In this document: one piece after another, positions 50,163-59,740 of the stretch
How the letters are laid out: each line of letters opens with the position of its first letter
Position numbering within the stretch: the first letter of the stretch is position 1
Virus record (IMG/VR): IMGVR_UViG_3300042898_006838
Coordinates: 64,001 to 128,000 of that record
Origin: a virus
Strand: one strand, 5' to 3'
DNA: 64,000 bases
Notes under the pieces: generated by a model
What the model was told of the DNA's origin: nothing
The model's database searches: none
What the model saw: the letters and a program-made list of their open reading frames with translations, nothing else
Program-made: the position numbers and the translations under genes

Positions 50163-50405
50163 TCACGGCTCACCTGCGCTGGTTATCGAGGGGCTGGCGA
50201 AGGGGCAGGCCGGGCAGCCGGCGTAGACGGCGACGGCCTTGCCTGCCGGGGCTCGGAGCTGTGGCGGTGGTTTGACGGCCACGCGCACCATGCACAGCCT
50301 GGCTCCGCAGTTCGGGCACTCGTCGTCGACTGCCGTCCACTTCGGCTTGCCGAGGACCTGGGGGCGAGGTTGTCCTGGGAACGGGGTTCTGAGTCTGTCG
50401 TTCAT
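50163..50405 (-). CDS. Small Zn-ribbon protein
   Basis: CPNC..CPAC; start MNDRL after array 2. Confidence 0.5.
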   Translation of the reverse strand: MNDRLRTPFPGQPRPQVLGKPKWTAVDDECPNCGARLCMVRVAVKPPPQLRAPAGKAVAVYAGCPACPFASPSITSAGEP

Positions 50406-50444
50406 GTTCTCTTGTCCTTCCTGTGTTCTGAATGCGAAGAATGA

Positions 50445-51073
50445 GTCTCCACAACTTGCCGGCAAGACAGGGACCAGGCGCCGGCGGCTGTGCCCTGACG
50501 GCCGCCGGCGCCTAGTCACTGGATGTCGGAGAAAAAAGTCCGTCGACCGCGGCGAGACGCCGAGGCTCTGCAGTATCTGGAGACCGTCTAGACGCTAACT
50601 GACCTGTAAGACGGGAGCCTGGTCGAGCTCCGGCTTACTCGGGCCTTGACGACGTTAGCCGGAGCTCGACCAGGCTCACGTCATCAATCACAGCCCACTT
50701 TGACTCTACGCGACGGCGAGACGCCGCCTGTGTTCACGGTTCCTACTTGCCGGGTGATTTCGATCCCTGAGCTCGGTACGAGCTCGGCAGGATCGCCACG
50801 GCGCTCAGACATCTGCCGTCGCGGGGGATGTCTGAGAAGTCGTTGACGCGATAGGCGCAACGCGCCGGCGAGACGCCGGCTGTTAGCTATTCGAACCTGA
50901 CATCTGGTACCTGCTCACCGACGATAAACGATCGGATGCGAACTAGGCTCTGCTAGTTAGCATCAGATCGCAGCGTGAGCGAAACAGCTCCGACCTCGGA
51001 GCTGAGAGCGAACGTCGACGACATAGTCGCGACGTGCCGGCGAGGCGCCAGCCGTTGCCTTCGCGATCGTACC
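50445..51073 (-). ncRNA. Array 2 of retron-like msr-msd units (4 units)
   Basis: CGGCGAGACGCCG at 50550, 50714, 50866 and degenerate at 51038 (spacing 164/152/172); 21-bp perfect stem 50615-50677; unit-specific inverted repeats. Confidence 0.7.
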
Positions 51074-51586
51074 CTAAGCCGCTGACCTGACTGACGTGGA
51101 CCTGAGCTTCCTGACCATGTCCAGGATCGCCTTAAGCTCCTGACCGTAGTCGCTGATGTCTGAGTAGAAGCTGACTGCGTCTTTTACTTCTGAGACTTCT
51201 AGATCATCCCAGTTGCTGATGTGGTCGTTGATCCTCTCAGCGTCCAGGTCTTCGAGATCTTCGAGCTTGCTCTCGATGTCCGAGAGCTTGTCGTCGACGC
51301 CATCCAGCTTCTCGACGCTCCTCTCGACGTCGGCGATCCTATCGTCGAAGTTGCTGATCTCGCTGAGGTCGATGTCTTCGAGGCCGGACGTCAGCTCCAA
51401 TACTCCTGACAACTTCTTCTGCATGTCTCCGATCTTTAGCTCAAGCCAGCTGTTGAAGACCAGCTCCAGGGCCTGGCGCTGGTCATCGCTCAGCTCCTTG
51501 AAGTTGATGGCCGGCGGCGGCTGTGATGCGCGTGACAGAGCCTCGGCCAGGGCGTGTAGAGCCCCGGCCATTTCCTTGATGTCCAT
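51074..51586 (-). CDS. Acidic coiled-coil protein
   Basis: D/E-rich heptads. Confidence 0.6.
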   Translation of the reverse strand: MDIKEMAGALHALAEALSRASQPPPAINFKELSDDQRQALELVFNSWLELKIGDMQKKLSGVLELTSGLEDIDLSEISNFDDRIADVERSVEKLDGVDDKLSDIESKLEDLEDLDAERINDHISNWDDLEVSEVKDAVSFYSDISDYGQELKAILDMVRKLRSTSVRSAA

Positions 51587-51591
51587 ATGAT

Positions 51592-52011
51592 TCAGCTCCT
51601 CGCCAACAGTGTCAGGAACATGTCAGCGAAATGTTTGTGACCAAGGTCTAGGGACAGCTGTTCCTGCAGCTTGTCCCTGGACACGGATCCGTCGTCGGCT
51701 ATCGACGACGGAGTGAGTACGCATAGACGTGTTTTTTTGTAGCCGATGACACCCAGTCCACGGCCACCGGCTCGGTCCACCCGTCGCAGGAACGCGAGCT
51801 GCGGGGCGGAGAAGCGGTGGCCGAGGACGTTGCTGGAGCCCCGGACCGGCCAATGGTCCGTGTACTTCAGCTCAAGCCAGTAAGCGCGCCCCTCGACGAC
51901 GAGGTGAGCGTCTGGCACGCCGGTTGCCGTCATGGACGCCATGTACTCGCAGAAGCAGCGAGGTCTCAGGGCCCTGACAAACCGACGTCGGAAATCTTCT
52001 TCTCCACTCAT
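51592..52011 (-). CDS. VRR-NUC/Holliday-junction-resolvase-like PD-(D/E)XK nuclease
   Basis: GVPD..WLELK..SAPQLAFL. Confidence 0.7.
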   Translation of the reverse strand: MSGEEDFRRRFVRALRPRCFCEYMASMTATGVPDAHLVVEGRAYWLELKYTDHWPVRGSSNVLGHRFSAPQLAFLRRVDRAGGRGLGVIGYKKTRLCVLTPSSIADDGSVSRDKLQEQLSLDLGHKHFADMFLTLLARS

Positions 52012-52541
52012 TTCAGAAGAGCCTGAGCCGCGCCGACTGCGGCACCGATGGGAGCTCCGAGCCAGATGATGACCCGGAGTTCACGGTTGATGATGGAGAT
52101 GACCATGTTCTCGATCTCGTCGATGGACATAGAGTCTATGGCCGACGTGATCATGATCGAAGCAATTTTTGCTTCACGTGCCTCACCGGCTGCGCGCTGG
52201 CAGTCGGCGAGGAATTGAGCCTTGGTCAGACTGTCAAAGTACAGCCCCGTGGCCACGCGCAGGAGCGGGTAGCGGCCAAGGATCCTATCGGCACTGCCGT
52301 CGGAGAAAGCGGTGTAGACGGCATCGAATAGCCCCTCACCGCTTAACAACCGGTCCTGGACCAGGGACGCGACTTCCCTGGAAAAATCCCGGCGACGACG
52401 GGCGAAGACACCCGGAGTAAAGGGGACGCGGACACCGAAAACTCGCCAGGTATGGCGTGGCCAGAAGATCATCTTCACAACCAGCCAGTGGTCGAGGTAG
52501 CCGATGACTGCGCCGATGATCATCGGAACAATCAGGTCCAT
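52008..52541 (-). CDS. DUF445-like membrane protein
   Basis: IGAVIGY..WL..KMIFWP..PFTPG and EL..I..LG..IG. Confidence 0.65.
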   Translation of the reverse strand: MDLIVPMIIGAVIGYLDHWLVVKMIFWPRHTWRVFGVRVPFTPGVFARRRRDFSREVASLVQDRLLSGEGLFDAVYTAFSDGSADRILGRYPLLRVATGLYFDSLTKAQFLADCQRAAGEAREAKIASIMITSAIDSMSIDEIENMVISIINRELRVIIWLGAPIGAAVGAAQALLK

Positions 52542-52545
52542 GCCC

Positions 52546-53067
52546 CTACCGCGCCATTCCCGCGGCGTAGGAACGGAGCTCTGCCAACGTCTCTTCGAGA
52601 TCGGCGTGGGCCGTGTGCACTCTCTTCTTCTCGATGGTCATCGGATCCGAGCCGTTGATGAACCACAGGGACATGCGCATGGCACTGACGTCCAGGTGAC
52701 GGTGACTGAATACGGCCTCGACACTGGGCATGTGCTGGCGCAGGAACCCGCGGTCGAAGTGGACGCTGTTGCCGCTGAGGATCGGGAGCTTGCCCGCCTG
52801 CTCAAGCCACGCCAGTAACTCTTTCTCCACATGCTTGACCCCGTTCTGGCAGTCGAGAGCGCGTTGGAAGAGACCCGTCTTCACGTGCATGTCCATGGCG
52901 TAGGCGTCGGCGGCGGCCGCCGCGCCCAGGGCCGGCGTGATCAGGGAGTGGAATGACTGCCCCGTGTCCCGGAACTTGTCGTCAAAGATCCTGGCCCCGA
53001 CCTCCAGCAGACAGTGCCTGCTGGCGTCGAGGCCCGTTGTTTCCGTGTCGAGAAAGACAAACTTCAT
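52546..53067 (-). CDS. orn: Oligoribonuclease-like DEDDh exonuclease
   Basis: LDTETTGLD, MH..TGL, GNSVHFDRGFL, HRHLDVS, H.A..D. Confidence 0.8.
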   Translation of the reverse strand: MKFVFLDTETTGLDASRHCLLEVGARIFDDKFRDTGQSFHSLITPALGAAAAADAYAMDMHVKTGLFQRALDCQNGVKHVEKELLAWLEQAGKLPILSGNSVHFDRGFLRQHMPSVEAVFSHRHLDVSAMRMSLWFINGSDPMTIEKKRVHTAHADLEETLAELRSYAAGMAR

Positions 53068-53087
53068 CGTCGTTACCTCCTGTTCAG

Positions 53088-53096
53088 GTTATGCCC
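53088..53096 (-). promoter_or_regulatory. GGGCATAAC promoter-like motif
   Basis: 20 nt upstream of ATG 53067. Confidence 0.6.
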
Positions 53097-53101
53097 TGAG
53101 G

Positions 53102-53776
53102 TCAGAGGATATTGCCCTCCACGTCCTCACGGCAGTTGTCGTCGTCGCTGCCGACGTCGATTCTCGGCGCCCAAGCGCGCCATGGTCTGTCAACGCCCCG
53201 CTCGCTGAGTAGGGACATGGCCGTCGCCAGGTCCGTGCCGTAGAGCGTGGGCAGGGCCTGAGCCGTCAGCACCTGGGCCAGGGCTCGGTAGGCGTTGGTG
53301 ACGTTGTCGTCAGGTTGGTTGGCATCGCTGTCCACGATGTGCTCGGGCTCGCGTGTCACGCGCACGCGCCCGTCTACGGCCACGGACAACAGTCCCCAGG
53401 CCCTGGGCAGGGACTCCAGGTGACCGGGACCGATGGCGTCGGCGTGAGCCAGCCACGGATTCAGGCTCAGGCGCGGGTAGGGCAGGAGCCACTTGCCGTC
53501 CTCCACGTCCTCACGCGACAGGTCGGCGAGGCTGCCCTTGACCTCGATGACGTGTAGGCTCTCGACGCCGTCGCGTACGCAGCCGGCGGCGACGTCCACT
53601 CGCCACCGACCGTCCCAGGGCGTGCACAGTCCGTGAAGGCCGTGGAGACCGACCTCAGTCGCCAGGGCCCTGCAGCCCCGGCGCCAGAGCCAGAGACAGC
53701 TGGCCGTCGTTACCCTGGCCGTGGCCTGGGCTCGACTCAGATCTCTCCAGGACAAGAGCGTCGATGGCGTCTTCAC
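53102..53776 (-). CDS. PD-(D/E)XK nuclease-like (MmcB-like) protein
   Basis: TEV..RVDVAA..IEVKGS..D..WGL. Confidence 0.55.
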   Translation of the reverse strand: MKTPSTLLSWRDLSRAQATARVTTASCLWLWRRGCRALATEVGLHGLHGLCTPWDGRWRVDVAAGCVRDGVESLHVIEVKGSLADLSREDVEDGKWLLPYPRLSLNPWLAHADAIGPGHLESLPRAWGLLSVAVDGRVRVTREPEHIVDSDANQPDDNVTNAYRALAQVLTAQALPTLYGTDLATAMSLLSERGVDRPWRAWAPRIDVGSDDDNCREDVEGNIL

Positions 53777-56241
53777 TTACCTCCACCTCACCGCCAGATT
53801 TCTTGCGGAAGCTGCGAACTGGTACGACGGCAACGATCCTCCAGCCCTGGGACGAGAGCTGGTTGAGCTCCGCCTCCAGGGCCGCGAGGACGTCGTCTCC
53901 GTCGTAGCTGGGATCGAGAACGCGGTAGCGAGTCAAGACAGCCGAGTCTTCAGCCAGGCCATCAGGTCGCCACCAGGCGCCGACTTCGGAGCGCCGGCAG
54001 ACTCGCACAGGGCCTGCAGGTCGCTGAGGTACCGGCGCATGGCGTCGTTGGCTTGACGTTCGCTGCGCAGGGCCTCGGCGACGCTGTCGTTGACGTGCCC
54101 GTGCTCTGGCTCGCCGGGCGTGCCGATAAGGCTCTCTATGCTCGCTGCCCGCAGGTGCGGGACAAGCGGGTGCTCCTCTGCGCCCTCGTCAAGAAGCCAG
54201 GAGTCGCCGCCCTTGTACGAGATCTTCTCCACGCCGTGCAGGATGACAAAGGCGTCGCGGCAGAGGCTGCTGTAGTCAAAGTTTTTCATCGGAAAAGCTC
54301 CTGGTTGTGAGCAGAGCAGACTGCTTTGAAGACGTCAACGTCAATGGCCTGGGCCATGACGTCCACGGTCGTCAGGGTCACGAATACGTCGACGCGCTGA
54401 GCCTCCCAGGACACGACGGCCTCGAAGTCGGCGCCAGGTGGTAGGTGCTGTCGAATAAGGCGCAGGTGGAATTGGCTGCGATCCGGGTCGAGCTCGTAGG
54501 AGACGGGACTCAGCTGTTCTCCGTTGACGAATACTTTCCACATGCCGCCTCCATGACGTCGAGTTCCGTTGCGTCTCTGATCGTGAACGAGGTTTTTCCT
54601 TCAAAGGTCAGAAACGAGTCTTCGCAGATGCCGAAGACCTGATAACTCCATCCCGGCTCTTCGTAGGCGCAGAGTACGGGTTGGCCGACGAGAACCGGGT
54701 TCACGAGGTCAATGACCCATCGGTTACCGGACAGGTCGTGGTTGCCGACCGTGGGACGCATCCTCCTGATCCGGTCGCCGAAGACGAGCTGGAAGTAGTC
54801 CCAACTCATGACCTCCGGCGCAGTCATGGCATCTCCTCCCTGTGCCCGAGTCCAATCAACATTCCTGCACATCTCCGTGATCAACACCGAAGATGCAGTG
54901 ACCGTTATCTAGCAGCAGCGGCAGCCAGTGGTCGCAGTCGCTGTCACCGGCGACGACCAGGGACTTGATCTCACACATATGTCTGTCGGCCTTGATGAAG
55001 AGGCTGTGGCTGCAGGTGCTGCAGTTGGCTGACAGCGGCCCGCAGGGCGTGTCCACGATCTTCACCGGCGGACGGCGTTTCTCTCTGGTCATGGTCATGA
55101 CTCCTCTCTATCTGATTTCTTAATTGTCATCAACTCCGATTGAAACATTGACTCCGCCATCTCCTCCAACGTCGTGGCTATGGTCATGACGCTGGTGTTG
55201 CCACCAGCGTCCACCACGTGAACCTCATTCTCAGGCACCGAGGCGCTGATGACGAATGGCCTGCCCATGAACATGAAGCCAGTACGCTCTTCGTCGCAGA
55301 GCTCTGTGACGTGGCATGGGTTAAAGCGAACACATGTTCCCGGTGGCAGGCGTTCAATACGTCTCCTGGGAAGGGGCATGACTCTTCTCCTTCCTACATG
55401 TCCAGGAACTCGGTGTCCTCGCCGTACGACCGGAGTAGTTGCTCCTGTTTCTCGCCGTCGACGAGGACGCGGCCACCGAAGATGCGACGTGCGCTCTCGA
55501 TGACCCTGAATTCTGATGGCGATGGATCGTTGTTCAGCACGTGCCAGAGCTCCTGCTCGCTCCAGGCCCGCGTGCCCTTGGGCGCAGGCTCGTCGACGGC
55601 GACGTCGATCTCGACGTCAGGTGTCTTCAGGTACAGGGTGATGATCACTGACTGACTCCTTGATCAAGTCCATTGTCGTCTCCAGGCCCAGCAGCGGCCT
55701 TGCCTCGATCTCGTAGACCTTGTCGAAAACGTCATCGACGTATTCCAGTCGCTGTTCGTAAGTCAGCGCCTGGAAGGCCCTGAAATCGTCTTCGTCGCCG
55801 CAGTCTGAGATGGTGTCTTCCATGTCGCTGGCTATCCAGGCCTTGGCCGTATCTATGTCGACCACGGCCTCTGTGTACTGATGGTTATCTGGCTGTCGAA
55901 CTATGACCACGTAGATGTCCAACACAGTCTTCATTAACTGCCTCCTCCATTTCCTCGATCGTCGTCTTGACGAGTGACATGGCCGCCTCGGCCGTCACGT
56001 CCTCGGCGGCGATGTCGTAGTTGTTGCCGTTTTCTAAAAGCTGGCGAAAGACGTCTTCGTCGACAAAGACCTGGCGCTGTCGCCAGGTAATTGCCATCCA
56101 CTCCCAGCGCTCGTCGCCGCTGTAAGTGGCCCAGGCGGCACCGGCGCCGGTAAAGAACGTCTCACCGTCTCGACTCCAGGGCATAGACATTCTCCTACAA
56201 CCGCCAGGGGCACCGGCTCGGCTTGAGCCAATGGTCTACGG

Positions 56242-56775
56242 TCACGCAAAGGCCCTGGCCATCAGGGCTCTGATGTCTTCGTCGCTCATGACCATGCCCG
56301 TGACGGCCAGGAACGACTCGCAGACCCTGGCGACGAGCTCGGCACCCGGGTCCCGGCTCCTGGCCATTTCATGGGCGTCCATGAGATTCAGGCTGTCGAG
56401 GCCGCGCATACGTCGTCCGTTGACAAGCAGTTGCAGGTGGACACGGCCGTCGTCGACGAAGATCAGTGACTCCAGGACCTGTGCGTGATCTGACATCGCG
56501 GATCGGAATCGGCGCCAGAGCCTGTCTTCTGGCTCGTGCATTGTCTCCGTTTCGTAGCCGCCGTCGTTGTCCAGGACCTGGGTGTCTCCGGCGACGTAGT
56601 CGTCTTCGCCGAATAACACGACCTTGCGCGTGTCGTGGCTACAGGCTCGCCTGACAGCGAAGTCGATCAGGGCCTGGGAGTCTAGTGGCCAGCTCCAGTC
56701 ACGGTCGTCGTATTCGATGACGATCGTGGTCTCGGCTACGCGCTGCATTTCAACGTGAAGATACTTCTTTGTCAT
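56242..56775 (-). CDS. Hypothetical protein
   Basis: Part of a run of coupled small ORFs. Confidence 0.5.
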   Translation of the reverse strand: MTKKYLHVEMQRVAETTIVIEYDDRDWSWPLDSQALIDFAVRRACSHDTRKVVLFGEDDYVAGDTQVLDNDGGYETETMHEPEDRLWRRFRSAMSDHAQVLESLIFVDDGRVHLQLLVNGRRMRGLDSLNLMDAHEMARSRDPGAELVARVCESFLAVTGMVMSDEDIRALMARAFA

Positions 56776-57223
56776 TCACTGCCTCATTGATTTCGTCGAT
56801 GGTCGTTGAGTAGTTGGAGATGAACGGCGTGACCGAGCTGTTGTCCTTGACCCAGGCCTCGGCCATGGTCAGGGGGTTGAACCAGGCAACGCGTTTTGCG
56901 GTGACGGCCGCGGCTCCTCCGCTGAAGGCGTCGGCGCGGTGCTTGTCGCAGGTGTTGGCCCAGGAGACGAAAAGCGAGTCGTTGGGCCTGTGAGCGGCAA
57001 GGAAGAGACGAAGGCAGTCGACGGCCTTGTCCAAGTCACCGCTGTCACCGTCGTCCCTGATGTAAGCGGAGCTTCCGGCGTCAAGAATCAGCTCTAGACC
57101 CTGGCATTGAGTGTTTCCATCCTCATCCTCAGTCTCGTCAGCGAAGTAGTCACGAAGCCACTCGCTCTCCTCCAGCGTGGTGTTGGAGATCCTGATCATG
57201 AAGTGCGTGTAGTAGTTGGCCAT
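56750..57223 (-). CDS. Hypothetical protein
   Basis: MANYYTHF..DAFSGGA phage-type small gene. Confidence 0.55.
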   Translation of the reverse strand: MANYYTHFMIRISNTTLEESEWLRDYFADETEDEDGNTQCQGLELILDAGSSAYIRDDGDSGDLDKAVDCLRLFLAAHRPNDSLFVSWANTCDKHRADAFSGGAAAVTAKRVAWFNPLTMAEAWVKDNSSVTPFISNYSTTIDEINEAVNDKEVSSR

Positions 57224-57579
57224 AGGCTAGTACCCCCTCTTCGCTCGCAGCTCGTAGTCAGCGAAGGCCTCGTCTCGGTCGTGGATGTAGTGGCCCCAGG
57301 TCCACTCCCGATCCCAACCCTCGCCGTCGCGACCCTGCCAGGCCGTGACGTACTCGCCGTCGCCCTTGTCCGCGATGATGACGCGGCCGCTGCGCTTGGC
57401 GCCTCCGCCTGGGCTGGGTGTGCTGTCGATGATGGCCATGCCGTTGACGGTCTCTTCACTGACTGTGGTCTTGCAGTTCAAGCAGATCCTCTTCCCGTCT
57501 TGTCGACGTTGGTATGTTTTGTGGCCGCAGTGGCGGCAGGAGAAAAACAGGTCACTCATCTCACTCTCTCTCGACACTG

Positions 57580-57588
57580 GTTATGCCC
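57580..57588 (-). promoter_or_regulatory. GGGCATAAC promoter-like motif
   Basis: 20 nt upstream of ATG 57559. Confidence 0.6.
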
Positions 57589-57996
57589 TGGTAACTGCCG
57601 ATCATCAGCGCCTGGTCATCGCTGATCTCCACGCTCATGCCGTCGGGCGAGAATTGGCACTGAGCTCCGAGGTGACGGGAAACGAAAGAGGCCCTGCGCT
57701 GCAGGGCCCCTTTGGCTTCCTCGACGCTGTCGTGGCGCGAGATCTCTCTCGGCTCCCTACTCGACCACGGACTGTGGACGAGGCGATACGTTGTCGTCAT
57801 CGGCTCTCCTCGACCATGACCTTGATGACGTCCTTGACGTCGCCGACGACGTTGACCTCGTCGGACTCCAGGACGTGAAGGATCCAGTTGCTGTCAATGC
57901 CCTTGACTTCGCAGAGACTGAGATCGTCGACGACGTCATCGGCGATGAAGACCAGGGGATGGACGTGCGGGCGCTTGTTGACGTAGACAATGAATT

Positions 57997-58437
57997 TCAT
58001 GCGTACACGATCTCCCCGAAGGCGATGTACTGGACGAGGACGTCGCCGGTCGCGGCGTCGCCGCTGTCGTTGACGATGTCTGCGAAGTGCCTGGGGCTGT
58101 TCTTGGCCATGAGCTGCAGGCCCTTGGCGATGGTCTCCAGGTTCAGGACGATGGTCTTGGTCTTGCCGCTGCCGTCGTCGGCACGGAAGCTGACTGCTCC
58201 GCCTGGCTGCAGCGGGTAGTCGTAGCAGGGCCAGATCCGGCCGTCGGCGTCTCCGGCGTCCATGATCGCCACCGGGTTCTCGGGCTTGGTGTACTTGAAG
58301 TCCTGTCGCGGACACCAGTAGCCGATACCGCCCTCGACGGCGGCACAGAGCTGGTTGGCGATGTTGCGCCTGGTCACGGCGACGGTGACGGTTATGGCGA
58401 AGTCTTCGGGCCGGGGTTTGAGGTTGATGTCGGTCAC
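57997..58437 (-). CDS. Hypothetical phage protein
   Basis: GGIGYW..DA...D.LVQ...FGEIVY. Confidence 0.55.
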   Translation of the reverse strand: MTDINLKPRPEDFAITVTVAVTRRNIANQLCAAVEGGIGYWCPRQDFKYTKPENPVAIMDAGDADGRIWPCYDYPLQPGGAVSFRADDGSGKTKTIVLNLETIAKGLQLMAKNSPRHFADIVNDSGDAATGDVLVQYIAFGEIVYA

Positions 58438-59089
58438 GTTCCTGTCTTTCTCGCCGCCTGGCGGCGTGCGTCTAGGTTGTCAAGGATCGGTTGCCAGCGA
58501 CGACGGCTGTCTTCGTCGCCGTCGTCCAGGCAGTCACGTAGTACGTAGCGGATGCCCGCCGGCGTCTGCGGCAGGCCGTTGTGCTCTCTCTGGAAGTCCT
58601 CTGCCGCCTGGCCGCAGGGCTGGCACAGGTACTCGACGTTGACGGCTCCGTCGAAGACGTCGAAGTGGCGCAGGTACTTTTCTCTGGGGGCCATGACCTG
58701 CCTGCAGGCCTGACATGCCCGGGGCTTGCGAGCGTGGTGCCAGGTGTTGACCCAGACACTGCAGACGTCACCGGTGTCGTAGATCTCGCACATGTCACCC
58801 CTCCTCGTCGTCGCTGCACCACAGCCAGCCCTGGACCCAGTAGCCAAGCTCGCCGCCTCCGGCTTTGCTGGATAAAGCGTCTTCATCGACCTCGACCTCG
58901 TCGCTGCCGAAGAGAACGCGGGCCCGTTCCTTCTGTTTGTCTGTGGCCAGGACCTTGTCGTACTCAGATAGGACCTCTCTCGCCCGGTCGCCTGTGACAG
59001 TGGCGCCGGCGGCCAGGTCCCGGGCCAGTTGAATCAGTTGCTCTTGAACGGTCATGTCTTCCTCCCTGCAGCCGATGAAGATCGGCGCG

Positions 59090-59740
59090 TCACTTTGAGT
59101 TCTTGATCGAGAGCACGCCGCCGCGGAACGTACCCTCACAGTCGTCGACGCTGGCGCCGGCGCGGGTCTTGTCGATGTTGCACTGGATGACCCCTGCCGC
59201 TCGCTCCAGCTCAGCCAGGTCGAGTGCGGGCGATGGTGGTGGAGAAGCCGAGGCCTCTACTGCCGGAACCAGCGAAACGAACTTCTTCGCACTCGTGATG
59301 AGTGCGCGAGGCATCACGAACTCGTCGTTACAAACTTTCAGCTCAACTGAACGCTGCGCATCCGCGATCTTCCGCGCCAGATCCGTGGAGGTCATGACTT
59401 TCAGGTACTCGATCACGTACCCACGGCCGACGGTGCCGTCGTGCTCAAAATCGGGTAGATCCACTTGCTTTCCGTCGATCAGCATCGAGACATTGGAACA
59501 CCGCATATATTCCCAGCCATCAGATACAAACGCCAACGACACCAGCATGCGCGGTGCCGTACCGTCTTTCCTCATGGCGGTGATAAACGTAATCGACGGC
59601 CGGCTTGAGCGTTTGGCCGTACCAAACTCCTCCTCCAGGACGATGCTCGTCTTGCCGCTGAATCTGTCTTCAGTGCGTTCGACGGACGCCGAGGCGGACA
59701 GGCTGAAAGCGAACAGAACAAAAGCGATAACGGTCTTCAT
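59090..59740 (-). CDS. Secreted/periplasmic protein
   Basis: Signal peptide MKTVIAFVLFAFSLSASA; GGAGG SD. Confidence 0.65.
   Translation of the reverse strand: MKTVIAFVLFAFSLSASASVERTEDRFSGKTSIVLEEEFGTAKRSSRPSITFITAMRKDGTAPRMLVSLAFVSDGWEYMRCSNVSMLIDGKQVDLPDFEHDGTVGRGYVIEYLKVMTSTDLARKIADAQRSVELKVCNDEFVMPRALITSAKKFVSLVPAVEASASPPPSPALDLAELERAAGVIQCNIDKTRAGASVDDCEGTFRGGVLSIKNSK

Noticed and set aside
50445-51073. CRISPR array interpretation of the periodic repeats (also 37535-37955)
   Set aside because: The repeat is only 13 nt, spacers are 100-160 nt and strongly self-folding, and there is no cas operon; the Cas4-like nuclease sits in a replication module.
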